Shown here piece by piece: positions 42,314 through 51,254 of a DNA stretch of 64,000 nucleotides. The position numbers and the translations under genes were made by a program. Under the pieces are notes generated by a model. That model searched no databases. It was not told the origin of the DNA and saw only the letters and a program-made list of their open reading frames with translations. Position 1 is the first letter of the stretch, and each line of letters begins with the position of its first letter. The DNA lies in the NCBI GenBank assembly GCA_029246995.1, contig JAQWMB010000019.1:3483-67482 (forward strand), in the 5' to 3' direction. Source of the DNA: Dehalococcoidia bacterium (GTDB lineage Bacteria > Chloroflexota > Dehalococcoidia > UBA2979).

Positions 42314-42364
42314 AAATTACTTTCTAACTACTAAAATGTGAATAATAAAATAAGTGTAAAGAAA

Positions 42365-44104
42365 TTAATCATCTTCTAAAGTAGAGGTATCTCCTTCTGG
42401 TAGCCCTAACTCTCTAGCTTTTAACAAGCGACGCATTATTTTACCTGACCTTGTTTTTGGTAAGGTGTCTATAAATTCTATTTCTCTGGGCGCTGTGCCA
42501 GGACCAAGTTTATTTCTACAATGCCCAATTAGCTCTCTTCTTAATTCGTCACTTTGCTCGAATCCTTCTGATAATGATACAAAAGCCTTTACTATTTCCA
42601 TAGCTACTGGATCAGGTTTTCCAATAACTCCTGCTTCTGCAACTGCTTCATGTTCAATAAGTGCACTTTCAACTTCAAATGGTCCTACCAAATGACCGGC
42701 TGTATTAATCACATCATCATCTCGACCAATAAACCAAAAATAATCATCGATATCTTTTTTAGCTCTATCTCCAGTTATATACCATTCTCCTTTAAACCTT
42801 GATTGGTATCTTTCTTCATCATTCCAGTATGTTCTAAACATCGATGGCCATCCGGGCTTAACTGCTAGCTGTCCTTCCACATCAGGCTCAGTAATTTCTT
42901 TAAAATTATCATCAATGATTGCTACTTTAATTCCAGGGAATGCTTTACCCATCGAGCCTGGTCGAATATTAAGAGAGGGATAATTTGCAACCATGATTGC
43001 GCCAGTTTCTGTTTGCCACCAATTATCATGTATGGGCAAATTAAATGCTGCTTCTCCCCATACAACTCCTTCAGGATTTAATGGTTCGCCAACTGACATG
43101 ATGTATCTTAATGATTGGAGGTCCATGCTTTTTGGTAATTCGCTACCAGCTTTCATTAATAACCTAATTGCAGTTGGGGCTGTATACCAAACAGTAACAT
43201 TGTGTTTTTTGATTACTTCGTACCATTTTCTTGCACTAAATCCTCCTTCATAAATTATGCTAGTAACACCATTGCTCCATGGCGCAAACATACCATAAGA
43301 AGTACCTGTTACCCATCCAGGATCTGCAGTACACCAATATATATCATCTTCATGTAAATCCAATACGTATTTACCGGTTGCATAATGACTAATTAATGCA
43401 TTATGTACATGCGCAGCTCCCTTTGGTAAACCTGTTGTTCCAGAAGTGAAATGCATTACTGCCCAGTCTTCTCTGTCTGAATTAACAATTTCAAAATCTT
43501 TCGACATATCTTTCATGATTTCATGGTATTGAAGTACATTTCCAAGTTCACTTTGCTTTGATCTATGAGAAATAACAATGATTGCTTTTAGAGAGGGCAG
43601 TTCGCTGCGTATAGATTCAATTTTACTTAATAGATTTGGGGTTGTAATAATATATTCACCTTCTGCACGATTAAATCTTTCTGCAACTGGTTCTGGTCCA
43701 AAAGCTGAAAAAAGTGGGGCTATGATTCCTCCTGCTTTCAATACACCAAAACATGCAAAGTATAATTCTGGTATTCTGTCTGTAAAGAAAAAAACTCTAT
43801 CACTCTTTTGTAAACCAACTTTTGTAATTGCATTTGCGAATTTATTAGATTCTTCACGAAATTGTTGAAAGGTGTAATTTTCGATTGCATCATTGGCTCC
43901 ATGCCAAATCATTGCAAGTTTTTCAGGATTTTTTTCAGCATGTCTGTCTACACAAATGTATGCTTGATTGAACTTCTTATTCGGTATCTCAAGTTCATTT
44001 TCAATTTGTTCCCATGACCAATTATCTGTTCTTTGTTTTAAATCATTTAAATTAGGTGAGGTTGCATAATCGTCAATATTTTTATTAATTTCTGGATAGT
44101 CCAT
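42365..44104 (-). CDS. AMP-forming acyl-CoA synthetase (acetate/propionate-CoA ligase-like)
   Basis: 579 aa with FTSGTTGLPKGA, YITGDRA..D.DDYFWFIGRDDDVI and LPKTRSGKIMRR. Confidence 0.9.
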   Translation of the reverse strand: MDYPEINKNIDDYATSPNLNDLKQRTDNWSWEQIENELEIPNKKFNQAYICVDRHAEKNPEKLAMIWHGANDAIENYTFQQFREESNKFANAITKVGLQKSDRVFFFTDRIPELYFACFGVLKAGGIIAPLFSAFGPEPVAERFNRAEGEYIITTPNLLSKIESIRSELPSLKAIIVISHRSKQSELGNVLQYHEIMKDMSKDFEIVNSDREDWAVMHFTSGTTGLPKGAAHVHNALISHYATGKYVLDLHEDDIYWCTADPGWVTGTSYGMFAPWSNGVTSIIYEGGFSARKWYEVIKKHNVTVWYTAPTAIRLLMKAGSELPKSMDLQSLRYIMSVGEPLNPEGVVWGEAAFNLPIHDNWWQTETGAIMVANYPSLNIRPGSMGKAFPGIKVAIIDDNFKEITEPDVEGQLAVKPGWPSMFRTYWNDEERYQSRFKGEWYITGDRAKKDIDDYFWFIGRDDDVINTAGHLVGPFEVESALIEHEAVAEAGVIGKPDPVAMEIVKAFVSLSEGFEQSDELRRELIGHCRNKLGPGTAPREIEFIDTLPKTRSGKIMRRLLKARELGLPEGDTSTLEDD

Positions 44105-44148
44105 ATTACTCTTCTTTCGCCAATCATTTATACAATGAGAGGTTAATT

Positions 44149-44352
44149 CTACTTCTTCCCTTTTTCTTCAATGTATTTTGCACTACTTTGGAATTCCTTA
44201 CAGTCTATGCAAAGTACTGATTTTTCTCTGAATAATACACCATCTTTAATGACATATTTACCACAAATTGCACATTTACCTTCAGGACCATTTTCACCAA
44301 TTTTTATAGACAAATTTTTCTCCAAGACTTTAATTTTTAGAAATATTTTCAC
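44149..44352 (-). CDS. small zinc-ribbon-like protein (hypothetical)
   Basis: 67-aa ORF with CAIC...CIDC pairs, on the same strand 44 nt upstream of the acyl-CoA synthetase. GTG start. Confidence 0.35.
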   Translation of the reverse strand: MKIFLKIKVLEKNLSIKIGENGPEGKCAICGKYVIKDGVLFREKSVLCIDCKEFQSSAKYIEEKGKK

Positions 44353-44516
44353 TATGAATAATATACTTTTATGGTAGTTTATGCATTAGTTAGTATGACT
44401 TTTCTTAAATCATTCGAATGGAATTGACCAATTAATTGCATTTAAGTTCATTTGATTTTATGATAAATCCTGGGTTTAACATCAAATAAATAATAAGATT
44501 GGTAAAATAAGTCATA

Positions 44517-45977
44517 ATGGAACTAAAAGAAAAGATACTAGACTTACTACATCGTTCTACTTTTTTAACTCTCGGAACTTCAGTTGCAGGCAATCCATCA
44601 GTTGCAAATGTTTATTTTGCTAATGAGGGATTGGATATTTTCTTTTTCACATTTAATCCAACTCGAAAAGCTATGCAAATTAATTTTAACCCTCATGTTC
44701 AATGTGTAATCAGGCCAGAAAATGAAGATGGTATTAAAGAATTGCAAATTGACGGTATTGCTACAAAAATTACAGATGATGTTGAGAAGCAAAAAGCTAA
44801 GCAATCAATTTTAAAAGTAACAAAAGCCTTTGAAGAATACATGAATGATGATTTTCTTATTGAAAATGATGTAGTTGGTTATTATAAAATTAGCCCTGTT
44901 ACTATTAAATATGTAGATTTCTATGCAGAAAAACAATTTGAATGGCTTGAGCTCTCTGAAAATAAACTAAGTTTTTTTAATGAACTTTTTGGTTCCGTAA
45001 TTAATAAGATTAAATACTTGCTATTGATTATCCGTGCTCCTTTTCTGACTGCAACAATAGCACCAATTTTACTTGGCTCATCAATAGCATATTGGCAGTT
45101 TAGTGCATTTAATTGGAGTATTTTTTGGTTAACATTATTAGGTGGTATCTTTGCTCATTGTGGCACCAATATGATTAATGATTACTTTGATCATGTATCA
45201 AGGAATGATGAAACGAATAAATTATTTAGTCCTTTTAATGGTGGTTCTAGGACTATTCAAGCTGGCTTGATGAATCCTGTCACTGTTTTATTGTTTTCAG
45301 TAATGTTTTTTATTGGGACAATTTTAATAGGTTTAAAACTTAACTATGATATTAATGAAGCTTATTTTGCTCTTTCACCATTAATGTATTTAGGTATTGT
45401 GGGTATTTTACTAGGCATAATGTATACCGGATTTTTGAGACTTGCATATAATGGATTTGGAGACTTAGCTGTTTTCTTAGGATTTGGCCCAGTTATGGTT
45501 TATGGTGCTGGTTATATCCAGAATCAATCTATAGATTTATCAACGACCCTTTTATTTTCAATTCCTATAGGGATTTTCATTGCTTTAGTTTTATTTATTA
45601 ATTGTTTTCAAGATTACAATGCAGATAAAGCAACTAATAAAAACAGTTGGGTGGTCAGGCTTGCTGGTCCGCATGAAAAAGCTAATTACAGAAGGCCTTT
45701 TGTAGTTTGGCAATATTCTATGATTATAGGCTTTATTTTTATTTTAATTGGTGCTATTTCCATAAATCCAATAACCATCATTGGGTTATTACCTGCTTTT
45801 TTATTCTACTTTGGTCTTAAAAAAGGTAGAGCCTGGTTATTAGAGTGGGAAAAAGAAGATGCCAATATTCAACAATTACCTTATGAATTACTAATTGTTA
45901 ATGTTTCTACAATAGGGACACATTTTTTAACTGGAATTTTATTAACAATGGGCTTTCTTATCAGTGCGTGGATATAA
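44517..45977 (+). CDS. fusion protein: N-terminal PNPOx-like FMN-binding split-barrel domain plus C-terminal UbiA/MenA-type membrane prenyltransferase
   Basis: 486 aa. Residues 1 to ~150 are soluble and PNPOx/GSP26-like (STFLTLGT...NPSVANVYFA). From ~170 on there are ~8 TM helices with the UbiA Asp-rich motifs NMINDYFDHVSRND and FQDYNADK. Confidence 0.75.
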   Translation: MELKEKILDLLHRSTFLTLGTSVAGNPSVANVYFANEGLDIFFFTFNPTRKAMQINFNPHVQCVIRPENEDGIKELQIDGIATKITDDVEKQKAKQSILKVTKAFEEYMNDDFLIENDVVGYYKISPVTIKYVDFYAEKQFEWLELSENKLSFFNELFGSVINKIKYLLLIIRAPFLTATIAPILLGSSIAYWQFSAFNWSIFWLTLLGGIFAHCGTNMINDYFDHVSRNDETNKLFSPFNGGSRTIQAGLMNPVTVLLFSVMFFIGTILIGLKLNYDINEAYFALSPLMYLGIVGILLGIMYTGFLRLAYNGFGDLAVFLGFGPVMVYGAGYIQNQSIDLSTTLLFSIPIGIFIALVLFINCFQDYNADKATNKNSWVVRLAGPHEKANYRRPFVVWQYSMIIGFIFILIGAISINPITIIGLLPAFLFYFGLKKGRAWLLEWEKEDANIQQLPYELLIVNVSTIGTHFLTGILLTMGFLISAWI

Positions 45978-46032
45978 TTATATTTATTCAAATAAATAGT
46001 ATGTTTAATAACATAAGGCTTAAGATAAAAAG

Positions 46033-46683
46033 ATGATTTATTTAGACCTACATGCTCATTCTACAGATGCATCAGATGATGCTGGTGCTACCGTTGAAGG
46101 TTATTTAAAATGGTGCATGGTCCGTAAAAATAAAGGTCATAATATAGATGGTTTTGTATTAACTGAGCATAGATCTTTTGATCATAAGATATCTTATGAT
46201 TCTATTGCAGATAAGTATGGTCTATTAGTTCTAAAAGGGGCGGAATTAGAAACAGATATTGGCCATATGTTAGTATATGGATTGGATAAAAAATTTGTTA
46301 ATCATTTTGATTTATCTGATGTCCATCTATCACATGCAGATCTTATTAATGCCTTAAATGATATCGGTGGGTTTGCTGTGCCTGCTCATGCAGGAAGGCC
46401 ATCCATTGGCATGTCTGAATATATTGATAATAATTTGGTTGAAATAGAAAAAATTATTGCAGTAGAAGCTCTGAATGGTGGTTCAAATAATGAAGAAAAT
46501 GCAAGAGCACAATTAATTGCTGATAAGTATAATTTTAAGACTGTTGGTGGAAGTGATGCTCATTTTGTATCTAGCATTGGTAAGTGTGTTACATTATTTA
46601 AAAGTGTCATTAAAAATGAAGAAGATCTTGTAAATGCTCTAAAAAATGATGATTATTCAGCATACGCAGGTCAAAATGATTAG
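46033..46683 (+). CDS. PHP-domain metal-dependent phosphoesterase
   Basis: 216 aa with an N-terminal DLHAHS and the later His motifs TEHR, PAHAGR and GGSDAH. Confidence 0.7.
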   Translation: MIYLDLHAHSTDASDDAGATVEGYLKWCMVRKNKGHNIDGFVLTEHRSFDHKISYDSIADKYGLLVLKGAELETDIGHMLVYGLDKKFVNHFDLSDVHLSHADLINALNDIGGFAVPAHAGRPSIGMSEYIDNNLVEIEKIIAVEALNGGSNNEENARAQLIADKYNFKTVGGSDAHFVSSIGKCVTLFKSVIKNEEDLVNALKNDDYSAYAGQND

Positions 46684-46707
46684 TTATAATTAATTTAAGG
46701 AACTAAA

Positions 46708-47160
46708 ATGATTGATTATAATGATAAAGTTATTGGAAAAAAAATTGAGTTTGGTTCTTTTGTGGCAACTAAGGATCTTATAGAAGCTTATTGTTTATCT
46801 GTTAATGAAACAAACCCTCTTTATTTAGATGAATCTTATGCTAAAAAATCTGCATATGGTAAATTAATTGCACCTCCTTTGATATTTGTATCTGTTCAGT
46901 TTGATACTGAATTACCTGATCCTGAAATAAATTTTGGTAATGCAAGATTTTTAGCTGGACAAAAAATAGAGTCATTTATCCCTATATTTGTTGGAGATAC
47001 AATAAGAGCCATAGGTTCTATCACTGAAGTCTATGAAAAGACTGGAAGGACAGGCACTATGGTATTTGTTGTAAATGAAACCGAGTATATTAATCAAAAT
47101 GATTTACTTGTTGCAACTAGGGAATCATCTATGGTCCACAGGGAGGTTGATGGTGAATAA
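46708..47160 (+). CDS. MaoC_dehydrat_N-type hotdog protein (partner subunit of a split hydratase)
   Basis: 150 aa with APPLIFVS, typical of N-terminal-type hotdog subunits. Its end overlaps the start of the following MaoC gene. Confidence 0.68.
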   Translation: MIDYNDKVIGKKIEFGSFVATKDLIEAYCLSVNETNPLYLDESYAKKSAYGKLIAPPLIFVSVQFDTELPDPEINFGNARFLAGQKIESFIPIFVGDTIRAIGSITEVYEKTGRTGTMVFVVNETEYINQNDLLVATRESSMVHREVDGE

Positions 47161-47596
47161 ACAGCTTCTTTTTTCCGATATAGAACTTGGGCAAGAATTT
47201 TCTGATACATATATAGCAAGTGCAGAAAAAGTCCAACAGTTTCTTGATGCTAATCGTACTTTAGAAAGAACTGAAATTGAAGATGGTCGGTTTACTAGCA
47301 AGGAAGGTGCGTCTACTCTTGGTTTAGAGAAACCAATTCTTCCAGGGGTAATGAGCATGTCAATAATATCAAAATTAATCACTGATATTATTGCACCTAA
47401 TGGCAAACTACATAAACTTGATGCAAGTTTTCGAAGGCCAGTTTTTCATAATGATTCTTTAAGCTTGTCTGCCCTTGTCGTTGATACAGTTATTGAAGAA
47501 GATAAAGGAATTATTAAACTTGATGTTGCACTAGAAAATGATAGAGGCGAAAAGCCTTTGCAGGGTACAGCAGTAGTTGAATTGCCAATTAAATAA
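47150..47596 (+). CDS. MaoC-like dehydratase hotdog protein
   Basis: ATG 47150 is preceded by GGGAGG. The track start at 47075 would overlap the upstream gene by 86 nt. Hotdog-sized, 148 aa. Confidence 0.68.
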   Translation: MVNKQLLFSDIELGQEFSDTYIASAEKVQQFLDANRTLERTEIEDGRFTSKEGASTLGLEKPILPGVMSMSIISKLITDIIAPNGKLHKLDASFRRPVFHNDSLSLSALVVDTVIEEDKGIIKLDVALENDRGEKPLQGTAVVELPIK

Positions 47597-47598
47597 TG

Positions 47599-48387
47599 TT
47601 ATTTATTTTTCTTCTTCATAAATTCTTTTGGTCCAGCTTTTGCTTCATCAGTTTGTCCTATGATCCATCTAATGGCATGCCCCATTCTCAAAGCTTCGCT
47701 TAAAGACAGATCACGTGAATGATTTGCGATTTCTTTAGCACCAATTATTGCCATTGGTGCATTCGCAGCAATATCGCTAGCAATTTCTTTTGCAACGTTT
47801 AATAAATTTTCAGGAGTGACAATTCTTGAAATAACTCCCCAATTCCATGCATCTTGTGCAGAGTAACTATTACCAGTTAGTACCATTTCCATTGCAGGGG
47901 CTTGCGGAATAGCTTTTAAAATTCTTTGAATACCTCCACCACCAGGTACAAAACCTCGTTTTACTTCTGGTAATCCAAAAGATGAACGTTCAGTTGCTAT
48001 GCGGATATCACAAGTTAGTGCAAGTTCTAGGCCTCCTCCAAGGCAATATCCATCAATAGCAGCAATCATGGGTTTTCTTACGGGTATTGTAAAAAAATTA
48101 TCAACAGGGTTATGATTAATGAATTCCTCAACAAGACCACCAGATGCTCCAGTTGAACCAGGTTGTGACCATTCTTTCAAATCAGCACCAGCGCTAAACG
48201 CTTTTCCTCCAGCTCCCGTAATTATTCCAACTTGAATGTCCGTATCATTATGAATTCTACTCAATGCATCCATTAGAATATCACGAGCTGCACTATTGAG
48301 TGCATTCATTGCTTGCGGCCTATTTAATGTAATAAGCCCAACTTTATCTTCAATTTCAAAAATCACTGGTGAATCATTATTCATCAA
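47599..48387 (-). CDS. enoyl-CoA hydratase/isomerase (crotonase) family protein
   Basis: 262 aa with GYCLGGGLELALTCDIRIATERSSFGLPEVKRG. Confidence 0.9.
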   Translation of the reverse strand: MMNNDSPVIFEIEDKVGLITLNRPQAMNALNSAARDILMDALSRIHNDTDIQVGIITGAGGKAFSAGADLKEWSQPGSTGASGGLVEEFINHNPVDNFFTIPVRKPMIAAIDGYCLGGGLELALTCDIRIATERSSFGLPEVKRGFVPGGGGIQRILKAIPQAPAMEMVLTGNSYSAQDAWNWGVISRIVTPENLLNVAKEIASDIAANAPMAIIGAKEIANHSRDLSLSEALRMGHAIRWIIGQTDEAKAGPKEFMKKKNK

Positions 48388-48405
48388 AAAACTCTCATAA
48401 TTTTT

Positions 48406-48819
48406 TTATAGCTTAATTTCTACTTCTACAGGTTTAAGCACGTCCCTATTGTCTTTTTCAACTTTAACATTAATTAAGACATTTAGCACAGTCATATTGT
48501 TCACTAATCTAGAATCCGCAACATCAAAATCAAATTTGACTGTTTCACCTATCATTACCATGGATAGATATCTTAGTTTCATTTTTACTATAGATGCATT
48601 TTGACCTAATTCTGATATCAAGTGTTTTGCAATTATTGCTCCAAACATTTGGCCATCAACAATTGGTTTATTAACGTTTAATTTTTCTTTTACAAATTGA
48701 GAATCATAATGAAATCTATGAAAATCCCAAGTTGCACCAGCATAAGACACTAATAACTGAGGTGTTATATGTATTGATAAACTTTGAATTGTCAATTTTT
48801 CTTTCATTATTATTCTCAA
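48406..48819 (-). CDS. MaoC-like hotdog dehydratase subunit
   Basis: 137 aa with the pattern WDFHRFHYDSQFVKE...VDGQM. It overlaps the upstream partner by 4 nt. Confidence 0.68.
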   Translation of the reverse strand: MRIIMKEKLTIQSLSIHITPQLLVSYAGATWDFHRFHYDSQFVKEKLNVNKPIVDGQMFGAIIAKHLISELGQNASIVKMKLRYLSMVMIGETVKFDFDVADSRLVNNMTVLNVLINVKVEKDNRDVLKPVEVEIKL

Positions 48820-49313
48820 TTAGTAGGCATGTATATCATGTCTTCAATATTTTCAGCTAATAAAACTTTGTCTTGATTAAAGTATTGTATATTTGAAGAA
48901 ATTATTAAAAATGCAGAATCTTTTCCTTGCTTCTCAATAATGTTTACAATTTTCCATTTAACCTCAAGCTTTGTTGTAGGAAGTAGTGGATGATAAATTT
49001 TATATTCATTGCCACCCCTCACAATGGAATATTCAACATCTAAGGGAATATCCCATGAATGACCAATATATCCTTGTTCATCCATTGTTTTATTCATATA
49101 TTGATTTGTTTCAAAAATAAATGTTGGCGGAGCCACTACGTTTGCCATTTTAGGCTGATCAAGTGACGATTGATTATCATCGATTTGCTTTTTGTTATTA
49201 AGTGCTAATTCAAAATATCTGATAGAAGCAAAGCCAATTTCTTCATTAGCAAGATACGTTACCTCTTTTCCGATCATTTTCTTTACCGCTTCAGATATTA
49301 AACTCATGCTCAT
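48816..49313 (-). CDS. MaoC_dehydrat_N-type hotdog subunit
   Basis: 165 aa with the VAPPTFIF motif. It overlaps its neighbours by 4 nt on each side. Confidence 0.65.
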   Translation of the reverse strand: MSMSLISEAVKKMIGKEVTYLANEEIGFASIRYFELALNNKKQIDDNQSSLDQPKMANVVAPPTFIFETNQYMNKTMDEQGYIGHSWDIPLDVEYSIVRGGNEYKIYHPLLPTTKLEVKWKIVNIIEKQGKDSAFLIISSNIQYFNQDKVLLAENIEDMIYMPTN

Positions 49314-50416
49314 TCTTCCAATAGTGCTATTGTTTCAATTTCAATCATGAGGCCTTTTCTTATTAATCTTTCGCAGACAATTCCAGTAGAAGTTGGGAAA
49401 GGGGAGCTCAATAATTTTTTTCTAATTTTATCAGTTTTGGCGTAGCTAGGTAATCCGTCACTTGCAACATAATCTACTGTCCGAACAATATTCTTTAAAC
49501 TTCCACCGCATGCCTTTAATATTTTATTGGTTTCTTTGAATATATATTCTGTTTGCTTTTCTATATCGCCTGGAAACAAAACATCCCCAGTCGCATAATC
49601 AAAAGCAGCAAGCCCAGAAATAAAAATTAAATTGTTAGCTTTTATTGCTGGTGAAAAAGTAAGGGAGGGATGCCATTTTTTATAAGGGTTTACTATTTGC
49701 TTACTTGTTTTGGAGAGCGTAAAGTGTATTTGTATTAATTGATTATCTTCCATAAGCTTCTTCATAATGATTCCTGTAGATGCTGGATATGGTGCTGAAA
49801 AATACTTCTTTCTGATGGAATTAGTTTCTTTATATTCATGCAAAATATCTTTTCGAATAAATTCTGTTGTATTGACTACATTGTCCCAATTCATTCCTAA
49901 TTGTTTAATTTCGTCATCAACCTCTTTATAAATATTTTCTGCTTGTTCTTCTAATGTTGCAAAAGTTTTACCAGTTTTAGAAATATACAAGAGGTCTCCT
50001 GAATTTGATAAATTGTTATAAATAATTTCAATTTCTATATGTGCTTCTTTTCTTAATAGTCGATTAGACATGATTTGAGTATGTGCAACTTGCTCATTTT
50101 GCAAAAATTTCTCTCTCGTCTGATTTATAAGTTCTATCTCTTCTGCAGCTTCTGGGGTGATGTATTCAATAAAATGCAAGATACTTTGAGATTCAGATAT
50201 TGCTATTATTGACTTAATTTTTTTGTATACAATATCTAGCTGCTCTTCTAATGTGCCTGCAGCTGATACTATGTCCTTTTCTTTAATATATCTTGATGCA
50301 GTATGCCCAGATAAGAAAGTCAATTCTGGAGTATGCATTCCTAAGCTAAAACTATATCTTGAAGCGTCAAGCCAAGGAAATTTATTTGGTTCCAATGCAT
50401 ATTGATGCTTGTTCAT
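49310..50416 (-). CDS. tandem RidA/YjgF/Endoribonuclease L-PSP domain protein
   Basis: Two repeats each end in the RidA-type C-terminal motif (PYPASTGIIMKKL...IQIHFTL and PFPTSTGIVCERL...IEIETIAL). ATG 50416 forms an ATGA overlap with the upstream stop. The track start is GTG 50428. Confidence 0.65.
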   Translation of the reverse strand: MNKHQYALEPNKFPWLDASRYSFSLGMHTPELTFLSGHTASRYIKEKDIVSAAGTLEEQLDIVYKKIKSIIAISESQSILHFIEYITPEAAEEIELINQTREKFLQNEQVAHTQIMSNRLLRKEAHIEIEIIYNNLSNSGDLLYISKTGKTFATLEEQAENIYKEVDDEIKQLGMNWDNVVNTTEFIRKDILHEYKETNSIRKKYFSAPYPASTGIIMKKLMEDNQLIQIHFTLSKTSKQIVNPYKKWHPSLTFSPAIKANNLIFISGLAAFDYATGDVLFPGDIEKQTEYIFKETNKILKACGGSLKNIVRTVDYVASDGLPSYAKTDKIRKKLLSSPFPTSTGIVCERLIRKGLMIEIETIALLEE

Positions 50417-51231
50417 TGATTTATCCACTTTGGTTTTCGTTTTTCTTTATATGCATCCAAAGCTTCTGTTGCATCAAGAGTCTCTCGATTAATTTTTTGT
50501 AGTTCATAGATTTTTTTCATTGATGAAGATAAATCATTTTCCAAGGCATGTGTTATTGATTTCTTAAGGTCTTTTGCTGTAAGTGGCGGCACATAAGTTG
50601 CTATTTCTTCAGCAATTTCATAACATCGCTTCATTAAATTTTTTTCAGAGGTTATTTCATTTATAAAACCAAGCTTCAGAGCTTCTTCTGCTGATATGGT
50701 TGATGCTGTCATTGCCCATTGGAATGTTTTAGGATAACCAAGAATATCCAATATTAATTTCAAGCTTCCGTCATCAGGCAAAATGCCTCTTCTGGCAAAA
50801 ACCCATGCAAATTTTGATTGTTCATTTGCAATTCTAATATCACATGCAGCTGCAAGGCCTATGCCTGAACCAACTGCTGCACCATTTATACCACCAATAA
50901 TCGGTTTTTGTATATTTCTCATGAGATAGGTAACTGCTCGAATATCGGAGATGTGTTCAGGTAAATCATTAGTAGTAATTGGCTCTTCTGGTTCTAGTGC
51001 TTTGCCCTCTTGAACCATTTTTTTTATGTTGCCACCACCACAAAATACATCACCAACAGCAGAAAAAATGATCACTCGAACGCTATCATTTGTATCATAT
51101 TCTGTAAGTACATTGATAATTTCTTGATTCATATCAAAATTGACAGCATTTTTATTTACTGGATCATTAATCAGTATTTCTGCTATGCCAATATCGCTAA
51201 TGTGGGTCGTAATATATTTATTTTCTTTCAT
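50413..51231 (-). CDS. enoyl-CoA hydratase/isomerase family protein
   Basis: 272 aa with GAAVGSGIGLAAACDIRIANEQSKF. Confidence 0.85.
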   Translation of the reverse strand: MKENKYITTHISDIGIAEILINDPVNKNAVNFDMNQEIINVLTEYDTNDSVRVIIFSAVGDVFCGGGNIKKMVQEGKALEPEEPITTNDLPEHISDIRAVTYLMRNIQKPIIGGINGAAVGSGIGLAAACDIRIANEQSKFAWVFARRGILPDDGSLKLILDILGYPKTFQWAMTASTISAEEALKLGFINEITSEKNLMKRCYEIAEEIATYVPPLTAKDLKKSITHALENDLSSSMKKIYELQKINRETLDATEALDAYKEKRKPKWINQ

Positions 51232-51254
51232 GAGTTCATTTTATCGAAAAATGA

